A stretch of 18,202 bases of DNA from Candidatus Thorarchaeota archaeon (GTDB lineage: Archaea > Asgardarchaeota > Thorarchaeia > Thorarchaeales > Thorarchaeaceae), in assembly GCA_048882385.1 (NCBI GenBank), contig JBHLRQ010000065.1, forward strand, positions 1 to 18,202, given 5' to 3'. A program made the translations under genes and the position numbers. Below, in pieces: positions 15,864-18,202 of this stretch. The notes below the pieces were generated by a model. It saw only the letters and a list, made by a program, of their open reading frames with translations. It searched no databases and had not been told where the DNA came from. How positions within the stretch are numbered: position 1 is the stretch's first letter; each line of letters opens with the position of its first letter.

Positions 15864-15887
15864 GTTAATAACAATTATTAACTTTTC
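15864..15887 (-). promoter_or_regulatory. BRE/TATA-like element overlapped by a perfect inverted repeat
   Basis: Minus strand GAAAAG-TTAATAA about 30 nt upstream of ATG 15846; GTTAATAA-CAA-TTATTAAC at 15864-15882. Confidence 0.5.
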
Positions 15888-15938
15888 TGCAAATACTAAT
15901 AAAAGCATATATAACCTGATTTGCTTTATGCAAAAGAG

Positions 15939-17645
15939 ATGATGATGAAGGGTAGGTGGGAAATACTCATCTTCATAGTGCTAGTGAATCTATCAATTGG
16001 AAGTATTGTATTACCAAGAACGATAGATGACATTGCCGAAGATAGCGTAGTCAAAACTTTCGAGCCATCCGAAGTATCACTTATGATTGTTTTTGATTAT
16101 TCTCATGGCCAGTACAGTTCTTATGTTGAGTCATTAGATCTAGAACTTCAGGCTTCACTTGAGGGTTTAGGATACACGATAGTTTGGGCACGTGGTGGCA
16201 TCAATTCTACAATTCTAAGTAACGCAACTGGCTTAGTGTTAGGTTCTATGTATGAAATATCCAATGGATTTCTTGCATCAGAGATTCAAGCCATCAAAGA
16301 TTGGTTTGATGAGGGTAGCAAATTCTTGTGGGTCAGTACAGATTCTGACTATTCGGGATATGCATACATCAACAACAACATGTCAGCAATTCTAGAAAGT
16401 GTAGGTTCACATGTCTATCCAGAACCTACTTCAATATATGATCCTATAATGAATTGTAATGCATCTTATCGTGTTATTGCTAATAGAACAAGTGAAGAAG
16501 CATTTGTGTCACCTATCGTGGAAGGTGTATCCGGAGTTCTAATGCATGGACCTACATTACTCTATGGAAGTAATACTACAACAAATCCTGGTGTCGGAAT
16601 AGAACCTGTGGCTTTGGAGACTCAGAATATAATGAATGTTTATCCTCTCCTTTACTACAGCCAATTCGCCGTTATCGGAGATAGTGACCTGGTACTTCCT
16701 CATGCACATAATGACGATGATACTGGGTCATTTGTCTGTGCTACGATGGAAACTTACCTTGGCGCTTCAAATTCCAGCACGGTTATTGTGTCTGGATCTT
16801 CTCCCTATGGCAACTATCAGCCAATGTTCACGTCATTATATTACGGCAAGGTGTTACAAGGCGATCTATTCGTTAAACAAGCCATTAATTACGGAATGCT
16901 ATTAGGCTGCGGTTCTATTATTTCTGGTCCCGCAGACATCACCTATGAGGAAGGCGTATCAGGGAATGTTCTTGAATGGCGTGCTTTTGATTTGTATCCA
17001 AAATCCTACAATATATCCTGTGAAGAAGCATTAGTAAGATCTGGACTCTGGAATTCTTCGAGTGAAATTATTAGCATTGTAGTTGATGGACTGACTGTTG
17101 GTATTTACAACTATACTCTGCAGGTGACCAATCAAGCTAATGATACAATTTCTGATACTGTGTTTGTTATTACTCAAGAGCAGCTTGCACCCACGATTAA
17201 TCATCCCGAAGACATTAGCTATTTCGAGGGTGATAACTCAAGTGTAATAATTTGGACTCCTTCGGATCTTAGTCTGCATTATTATGAAATCTTCAAAGAT
17301 GGCGAGTTGATTTACACTCATTATTGGCTAACAGATGAATCTCCAGATGTATCACTGAATGTAGGCGGACTGCCAGTTGGAGTATACAATTTCAGCATAA
17401 CCATCTATGACAAAGTACTACTAGAAACCACAGATGTGGTCATTGTTGAAGTTTTAGAAGTGATATTACCTTCGCAAACGACAACTACTACTACTACCAC
17501 AATTACCACCACAAATACGACAACTTCTGAGACTGCAGATGGACCTAGTGACTTAGATTTCATTAGAACGGCAACTATAGCTATCTCTATTGGTTCATCT
17601 TTAGTTATCATCGCAGTTGTTATCCTTATCTTTCGAAGACGATGA
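15939..17645 (+). CDS. Membrane-anchored surface protein: GldG/IFT52 (GIFT)/DUF4350-like domain, two Ig-like repeats, Thr-rich linker, C-terminal TM
   Basis: Signal peptide; IVFDYSHGQ...KDWFDEGSKFLWVSTDSDY; repeats GPADITYEEG.SGNVLEW..FDLYP and HPEDISYFEG.NSSVIIW..SDL; TTTTTTTITTTNTTT; TM followed by RRR. Many N-x-S/T sequons. Start is ATG 15939/15942/15945 (the track uses TTG 15921). Confidence 0.8.
   Translation: MMMKGRWEILIFIVLVNLSIGSIVLPRTIDDIAEDSVVKTFEPSEVSLMIVFDYSHGQYSSYVESLDLELQASLEGLGYTIVWARGGINSTILSNATGLVLGSMYEISNGFLASEIQAIKDWFDEGSKFLWVSTDSDYSGYAYINNNMSAILESVGSHVYPEPTSIYDPIMNCNASYRVIANRTSEEAFVSPIVEGVSGVLMHGPTLLYGSNTTTNPGVGIEPVALETQNIMNVYPLLYYSQFAVIGDSDLVLPHAHNDDDTGSFVCATMETYLGASNSSTVIVSGSSPYGNYQPMFTSLYYGKVLQGDLFVKQAINYGMLLGCGSIISGPADITYEEGVSGNVLEWRAFDLYPKSYNISCEEALVRSGLWNSSSEIISIVVDGLTVGIYNYTLQVTNQANDTISDTVFVITQEQLAPTINHPEDISYFEGDNSSVIIWTPSDLSLHYYEIFKDGELIYTHYWLTDESPDVSLNVGGLPVGVYNFSITIYDKVLLETTDVVIVEVLEVILPSQTTTTTTTTITTTNTTTSETADGPSDLDFIRTATIAISIGSSLVIIAVVILIFRRR
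17478..17526 (+). repeat. ACN-codon low-complexity repeat encoding a poly-Thr linker
   Basis: acgacaactactactactaccacaattaccaccacaaatacgacaact within the surface protein. Confidence 0.7.
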
Positions 17646-17711
17646 TGAATCTACACACAATGAGTTCTTAAAACTACAAACGAATACCGTACTTCGAGGT
17701 GAGCATGTGTT

Positions 17712-18202
17712 ATGACACATGTCAATAAGAAGATGGTACTGGGTTTGGTAGTTTCGTTTGCCTTCTTAATCGGAACATTCTCCGTCCCGGTATCTGCACT
17801 ACAGACAAATATTGTAATTGAAAAATATAATCAAGGGTATAGATCAGGTGCGAACAATCATACTTACATGTATGTGGAACCTGACCCCTTGAATTACATA
17901 ACTAGAAGCTATCTGCATGCAAATGTGGATATGGATTATACACAGTATAGATTTGACGATATAGGATGGATATCCCCAGACAGTAATGTGTTTGCCGACA
18001 CAAATGCTCCATTTAACTGGCAAGTCTTCAATACTTTCACAACTGGTCCGTTTGGTAATGATGCTACACTTCCGTCATTTTATGACTTTACTGCATCAGA
18101 TGGAAGTGAGTTTGGAGTCAATACTACCCTAGAAACACGAACTTACTCTCTTGCTTTTGGTCAGCAAACTCCTGTGCAAGTTGATGCTGGATTCATGTAT
18201 AT
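17712..18202 (+). CDS. Secreted/surface protein, 3' end beyond the window
   Basis: Not in the ORF track. SD GAGGTGA (17697-17703), then MTHVNKKMVLGLVVSFAFLIGTFSVPVSA-LQTNIVIEKYNQGY (signal peptide with a VSA cleavage site). The frame is open to the window end. Confidence 0.85.
   Translation, partial: MTHVNKKMVLGLVVSFAFLIGTFSVPVSALQTNIVIEKYNQGYRSGANNHTYMYVEPDPLNYITRSYLHANVDMDYTQYRFDDIGWISPDSNVFADTNAPFNWQVFNTFTTGPFGNDATLPSFYDFTASDGSEFGVNTTLETRTYSLAFGQQTPVQVDAGFMY

Overview
Gene-dense, AT-rich (roughly 40% GC by eye) archaeal window. It is probably from an Asgard archaeon, most like Thorarchaeia; this is inferred from TATA-like promoters, GAGGTGA-type Shine-Dalgarno (SD) motifs, cofE, 24-aa IDLSPL-type LRR proteins and Ig-like surface repeats. 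I saw no rRNA, tRNA, CRISPR array or mobile element. In order, it contains: a PadR plus HAAS-domain membrane protein pair; a YbjN-like protein; a bacterial-PH membrane protein; a large DNRLRE/FN3 surface protein; two tandem cytoplasmic LRR paralogs followed by a coiled-coil/winged-helix protein; a polytopic membrane protein; a second PadR with three ATGT-N8-ACAT operators and a small Cys/His coiled-coil partner; a wHTH regulator divergent from an MBL hydrolase; tlpA-ccdA; an S9 peptidase; an ECF S-component overlapping cofE; a 36-aa C2H2 zinc-finger microprotein missing from the ORF track; and two surface proteins, the last truncated. The best leads are (1) the PadR plus small protein resembling its C-terminal domain, a possible heterodimer switch, (2) the ECF S-component-cofE pair as a candidate deazaflavin/F420 salvage system, (3) the stand-alone C2H2 microprotein, and (4) the LRR-LRR-wHTH cluster. 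All family calls come from motif recognition by eye, not database searches.
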